Source: a virus (lineage: Duplodnaviria; Caudoviricetes). Taken from it: DNA of 64,000 nucleotides. The DNA lies in IMG/VR virus record IMGVR_UViG_3300032007_000001. One strand, written 5' to 3'. The notes under the pieces were generated by a model that saw only the letters and a program-made list of their open reading frames with translations, did no database searches and had not been told where the DNA came from. Numbering within the stretch: position 1 is the stretch's first letter; each line of letters starts with the position of its first letter. This document shows positions 46,180 through 55,430 of this stretch, piece by piece. A program made the translations under genes and the position numbers.

Positions 46180-47871
46180 TTAGAACCTTGAAATACGTCC
46201 ATAACGCGCAAATGGAGCTCTTGATTGTCTACCAACAATAGCTGCAAAATTTGCCAAAACGTCAGCGTCGCAACAGTCATCATGATAACCTGCTGGAGCT
46301 TCAATTTTTTTATTAACAGTTTTACCTATCGTATATTCAAGGTCTGCCCATTCTCCTACCATTTTGTGATAAAAGCCAATATGGTCTTTGCCAGCGCTGT
46401 CTAAGTTAGAAGATAAAAACTTATCTTTTGATACGTATTTGAATTTTCCAGAATCTAATTCTGTCCTAAATTTACCATACATAACATTTTTCATATTCAT
46501 ACCAGAATGTGTATATCTGTCTCCAGAATTAAATATAATTCCTTCTATATTTGTTAACCCAAATTCACTTTGAAGAGTTTGTATAACTGGAGCACCACAA
46601 CCAGTATAATCAGCAAAGATTTTCTTTACTTCAAATCTTGGACTATACCCACCAAACATATGACTTATTTCATACATTTGTTGAGGGTACGTTTCTTCCT
46701 TAAATTCTCTTGCAAAAACCTTGTGTTTTGTTCCATCTGGGCATATTCTTAAAACAGTAATATGTGTACTGTCTCCTTCCGGATTAGACCCAGCAAAGTC
46801 AATGCCAGCAACATATGTCTCTCCTACTATGCCATGGTCTAGCCATTCAAATTCACTGTCTATCATAGAATTAACTTCTTCGGACGTCAAAAATTTGCCA
46901 GCGCCGTCAACGAATTCTAGCATATATTGCGTCTTAAAGTCTTCAATGTCCATGCCGCCTTCTGTCCAGACTTCTGGATTATTTGGAAAATATTCTTGTT
47001 TCAACGCTTTTGGCATTAATTGTTCTACAACATATCTAGAATATGGGCGTATTTCTCCAGTGTCTTTGTCTGGAAGCATAATAGCATCTAAAGCCCACAA
47101 CTGAGCACATTGCGTCCAATCTCTTCGTATTACTTTCCACTTTTCTGATTCTTTCCCTTCAACAGATTGATAAAAATGGTTTTTTGACTTTGGAGTACCA
47201 ATTTTGATTATTTTCGCGTTGGTTGCGCCGCCCATAGGTGCTATACGTTCTGACCAAGTATAGTTACTTACTTTTTGTGCTTCGTCTAATATAATAACAT
47301 CAAATGTCAAACCTTCAATATTAGCTTGGTCTGATGCAGAAACAGCAGATACATATGAATTGTTTGACATTTCAATTTTATCTTTTGTTAATTTTGCAAT
47401 TTTATTATTCAAACGTTCTTCATTCATTTGAAAGAAAGTAGACAATCTTCCAATACTAACTTCAGCCTGTGGTAGGCGAGGAGTAAAAATACCAACTTTC
47501 ATTTGTGGATAATTGTCAATCAAATATCCACAAATGGAAGCTATTGATTCTGTTTTCCCAGTCTGACGTGCCATCATGCCGGCAACCTGCTTAAATTTAG
47601 GATTGCAAGCTGCTCGTACTAAATCAACTTGATTTTGATGAAGATAACGTTTTGATTCTGGATAATGATTCCTTAATATATTTTGACAATATTCTACTGG
47701 GTCAATACGGTCTAAAAAATGTATATACATAAAATCTTTTAAGTCCATACCACCAATAAAATTTTCTCTTGAAGCTTCAGAAATTTCTTCATGAATAGCT
47801 TCAAGATTATTTTTTATATCTGTAGTCAATGCTTTTGTTGCTTCAGATACTCCATTTTTCTTTTTTGCCAT
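46180..47871 (-). CDS. terL: Terminase large subunit
   Basis: Walker A ARQTGKT, Walker B IILDEAQ, motif III GTP, nuclease AGIDFA, ADYTG.G, HDD..DA. Confidence 0.92.
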   Translation of the reverse strand: MAKKKNGVSEATKALTTDIKNNLEAIHEEISEASRENFIGGMDLKDFMYIHFLDRIDPVEYCQNILRNHYPESKRYLHQNQVDLVRAACNPKFKQVAGMMARQTGKTESIASICGYLIDNYPQMKVGIFTPRLPQAEVSIGRLSTFFQMNEERLNNKIAKLTKDKIEMSNNSYVSAVSASDQANIEGLTFDVIILDEAQKVSNYTWSERIAPMGGATNAKIIKIGTPKSKNHFYQSVEGKESEKWKVIRRDWTQCAQLWALDAIMLPDKDTGEIRPYSRYVVEQLMPKALKQEYFPNNPEVWTEGGMDIEDFKTQYMLEFVDGAGKFLTSEEVNSMIDSEFEWLDHGIVGETYVAGIDFAGSNPEGDSTHITVLRICPDGTKHKVFAREFKEETYPQQMYEISHMFGGYSPRFEVKKIFADYTGCGAPVIQTLQSEFGLTNIEGIIFNSGDRYTHSGMNMKNVMYGKFRTELDSGKFKYVSKDKFLSSNLDSAGKDHIGFYHKMVGEWADLEYTIGKTVNKKIEAPAGYHDDCCDADVLANFAAIVGRQSRAPFARYGRISRF

Positions 47872-47880
47872 ATAAAGTCA

Positions 47881-48105
47881 TCACTTTCTTAAATCATATA
47901 ATTCGTCAGACGATTGTATGATATGTGCAATATTACTCACTGAATCCAATGCATTATCTATATGAGATTTTACATTATCATTTAATTCATCAGCATAATA
48001 ACTTAAATCATTTTGTTCCATGCTATCTACACATTCTTTAATGAGATTATCAATATCATCAATAGCATCTCTTAAAGTAATAATTTTATTTAATGTATCT
48101 TCCAT
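47881..48105 (-). CDS. Small helical hypothetical protein
   Basis: 74 aa, AGGAG RBS. Confidence 0.7.
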   Translation of the reverse strand: MEDTLNKIITLRDAIDDIDNLIKECVDSMEQNDLSYYADELNDNVKSHIDNALDSVSNIAHIIQSSDELYDLRK

Positions 48106-48109
48106 AATT

Positions 48110-48703
48110 TTACTCCTGATTTTTTAAGATATTTACCAACTTTAAGTATCCTTCTTGGTCTTGACGCATTAATTCTCCTAATGCAAATATTTTCGCTTCA
48201 TCCAAAGTATCAAATTCGTGCATATCATTTTCTATATCCATATCCAATAAAACGCAAGGATGTTTTTCATTCTTAAAATTTAATTGATTAAGAAGAAGTT
48301 CTACGTTATAATAATGTTTACCGTCATTATCAACAATAAACATAGCAGCTTCTCTTATTGAATCAAATAAGTCTATATTATAATCTGATAAAAAACTTAC
48401 ATATTCTTCTTCATCATACTTTAACATTAGTTGTTTCACTGCATCAAAAGAAAGAGAAGCGTAAGATGGACGATTCATTTTGTTTCTGACATCATACATA
48501 ATATCATTAATGTTGTCTTTTAACGTTTTCATTTTATTTTTTATTGAAAAAAGATTTTTCATTTCCAAATCATAACCAAGATTTGAACATTCATTAATTG
48601 CATCATCAAAATCTTTTTCATCAAATTTATTAACTATATCTCTAAGAGTCAACATTAATTCATTAATTTCTTCTTGTGACGCTTGTTTTATTAATCTTTT
48701 CAT
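48110..48703 (-). CDS. Acidic protein with MKRLIKQAS leader
   Basis: GGAGAGG RBS; shared leader. Confidence 0.75.
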   Translation of the reverse strand: MKRLIKQASQEEINELMLTLRDIVNKFDEKDFDDAINECSNLGYDLEMKNLFSIKNKMKTLKDNINDIMYDVRNKMNRPSYASLSFDAVKQLMLKYDEEEYVSFLSDYNIDLFDSIREAAMFIVDNDGKHYYNVELLLNQLNFKNEKHPCVLLDMDIENDMHEFDTLDEAKIFALGELMRQDQEGYLKLVNILKNQE

Positions 48704-49734
48704 TATTGCCTCTCCGATGTAATTGCATCTTCTTGAAAATCAACATTATACATTATTTCGCAAGAATCTATTGTATCGTGCGTTTCACTATTGTATAAAT
48801 ACATCATCAATTTATGATTACCGGCACTATGGAAATTTAATTCAAAATTCTCATTAAAACCTTCTTTAGTAAGTTCAATGCCAGTAATATTAAATTGATT
48901 TTCTTGATATTGTGGTTGATAGTTTTCACTATAAATCTTCGTATCTGGACATGAAATAACCAATGTAATTGGGACAGTTTGATTATTTGCATTTTCAGAT
49001 TTTATTCTTACATTTAATTGAACATACTGTTGAGTTGTTTGATTGACTATATTAACATGAGTATGTTCATATACAAACTTATAGTCTTGTGCTATTTCAG
49101 CTTCATTATCTTCAAAACCGACTCTTGTAAAATATGGAGTTCCGTCTTCATCATGGAACCTAATATCCCATAATAAACCAGAATCAGATTTGACTCTATA
49201 AACCTTTTGTGGTTCATGCAATAACTTCAATTCATTAATTTGTTGTTGCAAATAATCAATTTGATTTTGCGCATTTTCTATTAATGCAATTTGTTCTGAT
49301 GTCATTCCGCCTTCCATTGTGCATTTGCACTGACACAATGATTCGCTCGGAGGAGCAAAACCGAACAATTGTCTCAAATCATAAATTTTATCATTTGTAA
49401 TTTCTGTATCGTCACAACTGATTTCTATTAAAGCCAAATGCATACATTCTTCTGGAAGTCTTGGAAAAATTTTAGATTGAGATGATTGAATACCATACGT
49501 ATATACCAATTCATTTTCATTATTTAATGAAATTGCTACAAGCCAAATACCAGATTTTGGTGCAAACAAAACATCACTATTAGTTTCATCAAAATTTACT
49601 ATTTTTTTATTATTGATATATGTACCTGAATTTATATGGACAGTCATATTAGGAACTGCTAACTGTGTAACCTTAAACATGTCCAAAATTCTTTCAGCCT
49701 TAAAATATTTATCACTATTTAAGAGAGTAGCCAT
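48703..49734 (-). CDS. Virion protein with fibre-type N-terminal attachment domain, coiled coil and Ig-like C-terminus
   Basis: PNMTVHINSG...LALIEI...IT...IYDLR similar to N-terminus of 32784..35417. Confidence 0.65.
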   Translation of the reverse strand: MATLLNSDKYFKAERILDMFKVTQLAVPNMTVHINSGTYINNKKIVNFDETNSDVLFAPKSGIWLVAISLNNENELVYTYGIQSSQSKIFPRLPEECMHLALIEISCDDTEITNDKIYDLRQLFGFAPPSESLCQCKCTMEGGMTSEQIALIENAQNQIDYLQQQINELKLLHEPQKVYRVKSDSGLLWDIRFHDEDGTPYFTRVGFEDNEAEIAQDYKFVYEHTHVNIVNQTTQQYVQLNVRIKSENANNQTVPITLVISCPDTKIYSENYQPQYQENQFNITGIELTKEGFNENFELNFHSAGNHKLMMYLYNSETHDTIDSCEIMYNVDFQEDAITSERQ

Positions 49735-49747
49735 AACTTACCTCCAA

Positions 49748-50584
49748 TCATAATTTATATCCCATATATTCAAATTTAATTGGTTTTTCTGGGTCATACC
49801 AAACCTTTTCAACGTTATGCGTTGTTATATTTATTGTCGTTACTATATTCCCATAGATGCGTGCTTGAAAGAATACTTTTCCAGGAGTATCTTGCAATTC
49901 GTTATCAAATTTGCCAAGATTATCTACCCAAACTGTAACCAACCCAGTTTCGTTGTTAAATTCAAAATCTTGTTCGTACCCAAAGAATTCCTTAAAATCA
50001 CTTTCTATTACTTTATCCCATAATGAATACCATTTCTTTTCTTCTGTTTCTGGGAAATGTTCATTTTCTTTTACAAATTCAATATTATTGCTTCTTTTAT
50101 ATAATTTATTGAATCTGCCATAATTCTTTTCCAATTCTTTTATTTCTGGATGAGTATTATAAAATTCTTTATCTTCATCATTTTGATAATTGAAATAAGC
50201 TATTTTTTCAATTCCTCTCATATCAATACATTGATTTAATTCGTCAAACAATTTATTGATACGATTTACTATTCTTGTTGCATTATAATTCACGCAATTA
50301 TACGCATCTGATTGACGTTTCGGAACAAACTTAGAAAGTTTTCCAAACTTTCTATCACTGCAATCTTTTCCTCTCAAATAAACAAAACCATCAACGCAAT
50401 CCAATATCAAAGAACTATATTTTTCTTCATATAATGAAGGCAATTCTATTTCCAAATATCCTTGTTTTTTACAAGAAGTAATACCTCTATTCATTAATTC
50501 CTTATGAAAATAATCTACAAGCGATAATGAAAAATCTTCGTTTTTACTGTCGCTTGGAATAATACTAAGTTTAGCTAATCTCAT
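49748..50584 (-). CDS. Hypothetical protein
   Basis: 278-aa ORF, AAGGACGTG RBS. Confidence 0.7.
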   Translation of the reverse strand: MRLAKLSIIPSDSKNEDFSLSLVDYFHKELMNRGITSCKKQGYLEIELPSLYEEKYSSLILDCVDGFVYLRGKDCSDRKFGKLSKFVPKRQSDAYNCVNYNATRIVNRINKLFDELNQCIDMRGIEKIAYFNYQNDEDKEFYNTHPEIKELEKNYGRFNKLYKRSNNIEFVKENEHFPETEEKKWYSLWDKVIESDFKEFFGYEQDFEFNNETGLVTVWVDNLGKFDNELQDTPGKVFFQARIYGNIVTTINITTHNVEKVWYDPEKPIKFEYMGYKL

Positions 50585-50630
50585 TTAATCACGTCCTTAG
50601 CGCATTCTTATACTAATAACTAAATAACAT

Positions 50631-50658
50631 AAAAAATGCACGGTTTCACCGTGCATTT
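50631..50658 (-). terminator. Intrinsic terminator
   Basis: AAATGCACGG / CCGTGCATTT. Confidence 0.8.
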
Positions 50659-50664
50659 AACTTT

Positions 50665-51237
50665 TTATTTAATAATCTTATTTATTTCGTCTATTGTTAA
50701 ATTTATATCATTATTTATAATTCTCGTATCTGGAATTTTGAATTTATCAAACATTTCTTGTGAATAATCTTTTGTATCGCTAACAAATCTCCTACACATT
50801 TCTACATAATCATTGCTTCCATTTGTTTCTCTTGCAAAACATCTCAAAATTCTATCTCTATCATTAACATATAAATGTATAGGAATAACACAATTACCAT
50901 ATAATTCCTTAAATTTTTTTACTCCATAAAGAGTTGTAATAATAATATATTTTTTATCTGACTTTTCATCTATTTGATTATCTCTTGCTGTAAAATACAG
51001 CCATTCTCCATGAATCGTGTTATATTTTCTGTATTCAATAATAGAATATGAACTCCACAATTTATCAAAACTCTGTTTCGTTACAAAATAATATTCTTTC
51101 CCATTTTTTTCTCCATCTCTCATTGGGCGTGTTGTATACGTGATAATTGGAGTCAAATCTTTTCTTGTTTGCAACAATTTGGTCAATACAGTATCTTTTC
51201 CTGTACACGATTCACCAATAATGCAATAAATTTTCAC
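50665..51237 (-). CDS. gmk: Guanylate kinase
   Basis: GESCTGKDT P-loop; YTTRPMRDGEKNGKEYYFV GMP-binding motif. Confidence 0.88.
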   Translation of the reverse strand: MKIYCIIGESCTGKDTVLTKLLQTRKDLTPIITYTTRPMRDGEKNGKEYYFVTKQSFDKLWSSYSIIEYRKYNTIHGEWLYFTARDNQIDEKSDKKYIIITTLYGVKKFKELYGNCVIPIHLYVNDRDRILRCFARETNGSNDYVEMCRRFVSDTKDYSQEMFDKFKIPDTRIINNDINLTIDEINKIIK

Positions 51238-51254
51238 TTTAATTACCTCAAAAT

Positions 51255-51761
51255 CTATTTCTTTTTTCTTTTTCCGTATTTTCGCATGCCAGTATTTTTG
51301 AGGTTTGAGTTTATGTCATAAAACTTAAAGACTAAATCATTTGTAATTGAACGAATAGAATTTTTTAATACCGTGTCAAACCTTGTTTTTAATTTAGTGT
51401 TCTTTTTTGGTTTTTGTATTACAGTAACATTATCATCTTCATCAACGTACAAAAGCCCAATCTCTTTTAATACATCTTCTTTTTTAATAACATTGGTTGG
51501 ACACATAATATAAAAATAATTACAATGTGGATAATAACTTTTATCCAATTTGAAAAGTTTAGTATCTCTTGCATAATCTTGATAAGATGCCTTACATTCA
51601 ATTACTCTTGTTTCTTTTCTTTTTAAGTTAATTCCACATGCATCTGCAATTGATTTAATATTTCTAAATTTAGTCTCTGTTGATACGACATCTATGCAAT
51701 GTTTCTTTAGAAAAGCTATGGCTACTAGTTTTAAGTGTTTATGTACTTTTCCTTCAGCCAT
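51255..51761 (-). CDS. MmcB-like PD-(D/E)XK endonuclease
   Basis: IADACG ... VIECKAS..D...D.K ... CNYFYIMCP ... GLLYV. Confidence 0.75.
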   Translation of the reverse strand: MAEGKVHKHLKLVAIAFLKKHCIDVVSTETKFRNIKSIADACGINLKRKETRVIECKASYQDYARDTKLFKLDKSYYPHCNYFYIMCPTNVIKKEDVLKEIGLLYVDEDDNVTVIQKPKKNTKLKTRFDTVLKNSIRSITNDLVFKFYDINSNLKNTGMRKYGKRKKK

Positions 51762-52197
51762 TTTTTACTTCCTCATCAAGAAACTTTTGCAAAATCTCCA
51801 TTTTCCGCTCCAGTGATTTCATATCTTTTCTAACATTCAAAATGTTTTGTTGATAGATTTCACGTTGTTTTTGATTATCAGAATGTTGTTGTTGTAAGAT
51901 ATTATAAACTTCATAATCAACTTCTTTTGACAACATTTGATATTGTGTTTTTTCCATCATTTCTATTATCATATCTTGTCTGGATTTCAATGATGGTTTT
52001 TCTTTTTTTATAACTTTGGGTTTTCTTTTTTTAGGTTTTTCTTCCTTTTGTTCTTTAGGCTTTTCTTTTTTTGGTTCTGGCAAAGGTTCATCAATAAATT
52101 GGTCCATTCTTACATCAAAATCTGTAATTTCTTCGCCAGGTGTTTCTTCTCTTTTTATAATATTCTTATCATCAAGAAACTTACTTAAATCACTCAT
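51754..52197 (-). CDS. Hypothetical coiled-coil protein
   Basis: 147 aa; K/E/P-rich linker and C-terminal coiled coil. Confidence 0.7.
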   Translation of the reverse strand: MSDLSKFLDDKNIIKREETPGEEITDFDVRMDQFIDEPLPEPKKEKPKEQKEEKPKKRKPKVIKKEKPSLKSRQDMIIEMMEKTQYQMLSKEVDYEVYNILQQQHSDNQKQREIYQQNILNVRKDMKSLERKMEILQKFLDEEVKNG

Positions 52198-52210
52198 TAT
52201 TACATTCCTT

Positions 52211-52447
52211 TCAAATAAGATTTACAAGAATAACATCATCTTCAATATGAATAGACGGTTCTTCTTCAAAACTTTCGTCTAACGTTGATAAAATATCTGA
52301 TTTAGAACCTATTAATGAAACTCCTTTCATATTGGATGTTGCCAATACATCGTGTCTAAGTGCTATATTATTAATTAATTTCTTATCCCGATAATCAAAA
52401 AAATTAGTACGAAATTGTTCTGTTTGTTCTACCTGTTCTATTTTCAC
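52211..52447 (-). CDS. Hypothetical protein
   Basis: 78 aa, coupled to upstream gene. Confidence 0.6.
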   Translation of the reverse strand: MKIEQVEQTEQFRTNFFDYRDKKLINNIALRHDVLATSNMKGVSLIGSKSDILSTLDESFEEEPSIHIEDDVILVNLI

Positions 52448-53260
52448 TCACCCCGTGGGAAGTTCATATTCCCATACTATTTGAAATGGTCCGGTATAAG
52501 CTGTAAATTCAACACTAACAGTATCTACATCTTTTACTTTAATTTCCTTATCTTCTCCGCCACTATCTCCAGATATTCCACCGGAATCTCCAGATTCTCC
52601 ACCATTATCATCATTCTGATGTTCAAGAAGATAATCATAATTTTCTTCATTTAAGCTAGTATAACGTTCTAGCCAAATATTTCCTGTTTTATAATTAACT
52701 TTTGCACTAATATAGACTTTGCTATAATCATAAATTTGTGGTGGATAGCGATTTGCATCCCATGTAACAAATCCCCATGGCATGGTTTCATGAATATCTG
52801 TATATTCAATACCTGATTGAGAATCTTTTATAAGAATAGAACCAATTTTAATTTGTATTGGCCAATACAATTGATTTTTTGTTACTGGGTCAATCGAAGA
52901 AGATGGCTTAAGTATTGAACTTCCAGCAAAACATCCAAGTTCAATTGTTGTTTTTATCTTTTTTTCAGTTGCTTTTAATAAATATAATTTGTTCCCAGAA
53001 CAAGAACCGATAACATTAACACCAATCATATCATGGTCTTGCTCAAACATTTCGTGAAAACTATTCTTTAAGTTTTCTGGTGCTTCTGGCCATTCATTTT
53101 CCAAATGAGGAACAAAATCATTTTTTATAGAATTTGGAATACGCCAACCATAAATTCTTGTTTCATTATAATCTTGTTTCCAATCACAAGAGTCTTTATA
53201 TTTATTAAATTGATTTACAAAATCAGGAAAATGCGATATAGCTGGCATTGCAACTGTCAT
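52448..53260 (-). CDS. Hypothetical (probable baseplate/virion) protein
   Basis: 270 aa downstream of PAAR-like gene; G/S/D linker. Confidence 0.55.
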   Translation of the reverse strand: MTVAMPAISHFPDFVNQFNKYKDSCDWKQDYNETRIYGWRIPNSIKNDFVPHLENEWPEAPENLKNSFHEMFEQDHDMIGVNVIGSCSGNKLYLLKATEKKIKTTIELGCFAGSSILKPSSSIDPVTKNQLYWPIQIKIGSILIKDSQSGIEYTDIHETMPWGFVTWDANRYPPQIYDYSKVYISAKVNYKTGNIWLERYTSLNEENYDYLLEHQNDDNGGESGDSGGISGDSGGEDKEIKVKDVDTVSVEFTAYTGPFQIVWEYELPTG

Positions 53261-53286
53261 ATTTTCTTTCCTTTCTAAAAATACTT

Positions 53287-53613
53287 CTACAAAGTAAATG
53301 TATATGGACTACCAGTAATTATTGTACCAGTCCTTGAATGTGGACAAGATTTACACCCTGGGTTGCATGACCCAAAAGTTGGATCGCCTATTCTAGCACT
53401 TTTCAAGTCATCTGTAATCCTATAAAAAGACCCATCAATAATATAACCTTTATCTCCACACGATGTACACGTTACCACATCTGTTAATCTTGCCCATGGT
53501 CTTGAATCACATAATGTATAATCTGACCCAGTAGTTATAACACCGATTGTTGGTCCATGAGGACAATCTATTAATACCAAATCACCAAGTCTTGATTGTG
53601 GAGGCCCTGACAT
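53287..53613 (-). CDS. PAAR-like baseplate spike-tip protein
   Basis: Three repeats SRLGD / ARLTD / ARIGD each followed by G.I..GS; Cys/His metal ligands. Confidence 0.8.
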   Translation of the reverse strand: MSGPPQSRLGDLVLIDCPHGPTIGVITTGSDYTLCDSRPWARLTDVVTCTSCGDKGYIIDGSFYRITDDLKSARIGDPTFGSCNPGCKSCPHSRTGTIITGSPYTFTL

Positions 53614-54215
53614 TAGATAAATTCAACTCCTATTTTTGATTCATTCTTTTTTGCTCTATCCAATGCATCCAATAATGTATCAATTAAATTATTTACTTTA
53701 ATCAAATCCATATGTTTTGATGCCAATTCATCATATACATAACAAGTTATTTCTTTTGATGATGTTTTATCGTTTGTAAATTGTTTCTCTTTTCTTTTAT
53801 CTATAAAATTTACTTTTGTATTAATATTATTAAATGCTTCTTCTTTCCCAGATAAATTAACGACATAAACATTTTTATTGCTTATTTTTTTCTTTATATC
53901 TTTTAATTCATTGGCAACAACATCCACATCATCATATTTAATTTCGTTTATTTCATCAAACAATGACATAAAATGAGGAAATACATTACCGACCATTGAT
54001 AAATCTTTTTCGTTTTTGTGTTCAAAATTATACCAAATGATGTCTCTTAAAATATTAAAATATTTTTCTTCAATAGTTATAACAGATATGAAATTCATTT
54101 CAAAATCTCTATAACAATTCTTATATACAGAAAGCATTTCGTGTTCTTTTATGCCATGTTTCAAAAAAACTTCGTATATATCTTTATTAATATCATTCAG
54201 ATTTTCTTTTTTCAT
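53613..54215 (-). CDS. Hypothetical protein
   Basis: 200-aa ORF. Confidence 0.7.
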   Translation of the reverse strand: MKKENLNDINKDIYEVFLKHGIKEHEMLSVYKNCYRDFEMNFISVITIEEKYFNILRDIIWYNFEHKNEKDLSMVGNVFPHFMSLFDEINEIKYDDVDVVANELKDIKKKISNKNVYVVNLSGKEEAFNNINTKVNFIDKRKEKQFTNDKTSSKEITCYVYDELASKHMDLIKVNNLIDTLLDALDRAKKNESKIGVEFI

Positions 54216-54513
54216 TGCTTTTCACCATCACATTTATTGGCATTGGTACATTGTTTTGAATAAATGTATTGTAAGCTAATATAACGCAATCTTTACAAAT
54301 ATGTGTTTTTCCATCAATTGTAAATAATGGATCTTCGCCAGATGGCGCACCGCAAAAATTGCAAAATTTTATATTTTTAATTTTATCAGAAATATCAATT
54401 GGAATATCTTCTAATCTCTGAATTTTCCCATTATAAGAAACAATCGTTGACCCATCAACAACTTCTAATTTAACGTCTTTGTTTGTAATTATCTTTTTCA
54501 TTTTTTCATCCAA
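54193..54513 (-). CDS. Protein with ClpX-type C4 zinc-binding domain
   Basis: CNFCG......LF.......ICKDCV matches the ClpX ZBD pattern CSFCGK...L.....ICDECV. Confidence 0.7.
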   Translation of the reverse strand: MDEKMKKIITNKDVKLEVVDGSTIVSYNGKIQRLEDIPIDISDKIKNIKFCNFCGAPSGEDPLFTIDGKTHICKDCVILAYNTFIQNNVPMPINVMVKSNEKRKSE

Positions 54514-54530
54514 AATTAAGACCTTCTTTC

Positions 54531-54569
54531 AAAAAAAGCAGTCTATGAAGACATCATTCCTCATAGACT
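54531..54569 (-). terminator. Intrinsic terminator
   Basis: AGTCTATGA / TCATAGACT then T-tract on minus strand. Confidence 0.65.
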
Positions 54570-54575
54570 ATCTTA

Positions 54576-55427
54576 TCAAAAAAATTTTAAGTCATTTAAG
54601 TTGTAAAAATTGTATATGTATTGGTGACCAGCATAACGTCCCAATTGTTCTTTTAAGTCTATTAATTCCTTTCTGCATCTAGCAGATTTATAATTTTCCA
54701 ATTGTAACGTTTCTGGATTTGTTGTGAAAAAGTTATTAGTATGAAATAAATGAGTATAATTAGCGCTTACATTTGGTAATTCTTCTATTCCTTTTCCAAA
54801 AAATATACAGTTTTTAACTTCATCATCTGTATAACTGATATCTTTTAGGGAATTGTCACATTTTATTCTATAAATTCGATTTGGGTCAAATTGTATGAGC
54901 ATTGCTTTACCCTTATGACGCTCATAGTTTTTGTGCATATAATTGCACCAACCATTATTATATGTTGAGATAGTGAATCTATTTTCAGCATTATCATCAT
55001 AAGAATCAATATATGATACTTCTACATTCAATCCAATTATCAACATTTTTCTAATTCCAAGTTCCTTTCTTGGAGAAGTAAAATATAAATAATCGCCATT
55101 TTTATTGACTCTACTATCAAATACATTTCTTAACGCAAAACAAGCATAATCTATAGATTGAAGATTCAAATAATATATTTCATTCGCAAACTTAACATCA
55201 AAAATATTATATGCATATGATGTATTAACTTGATATATCTTTTTTTGTTGTTGATATCTAACACCGGAATCATATGGTGCTATAATTTCATCCAACAAAA
55301 TATATTTATACATACCATTCGTTAATTGTATTTTCGCTAATTTTTGATGTTTTGGAAAAGAATCAAAATTATCAAATACGGGACATGTTAATGTTTTATC
55401 ATTTTGTACCTTAAAAACGTATCCCAT
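54576..55427 (-). CDS. Fibre-partner protein (paralog of 57522..58340)
   Basis: Shared Y..LD.I...YDS....YQV, I.GLNV.V, TY.NG, SY.D..VKN. Confidence 0.6.
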   Translation of the reverse strand: MGYVFKVQNDKTLTCPVFDNFDSFPKHQKLAKIQLTNGMYKYILLDEIIAPYDSGVRYQQQKKIYQVNTSYAYNIFDVKFANEIYYLNLQSIDYACFALRNVFDSRVNKNGDYLYFTSPRKELGIRKMLIIGLNVEVSYIDSYDDNAENRFTISTYNNGWCNYMHKNYERHKGKAMLIQFDPNRIYRIKCDNSLKDISYTDDEVKNCIFFGKGIEELPNVSANYTHLFHTNNFFTTNPETLQLENYKSARCRKELIDLKEQLGRYAGHQYIYNFYNLNDLKFF

Positions 55428-55430
55428 GGA

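Noticed and set aside
29608-47104. Plus-strand ORFs antisense to fibre, head-like and terminase genes
   Set aside because: Codon-mirror shadow ORFs, Ser/Phe-rich, fully overlapping well-supported genes
46180-47871. Intein or intron in the terminase
   Set aside because: Normal length with contiguous motifs; no intein termini or LAGLIDADG motifs seen
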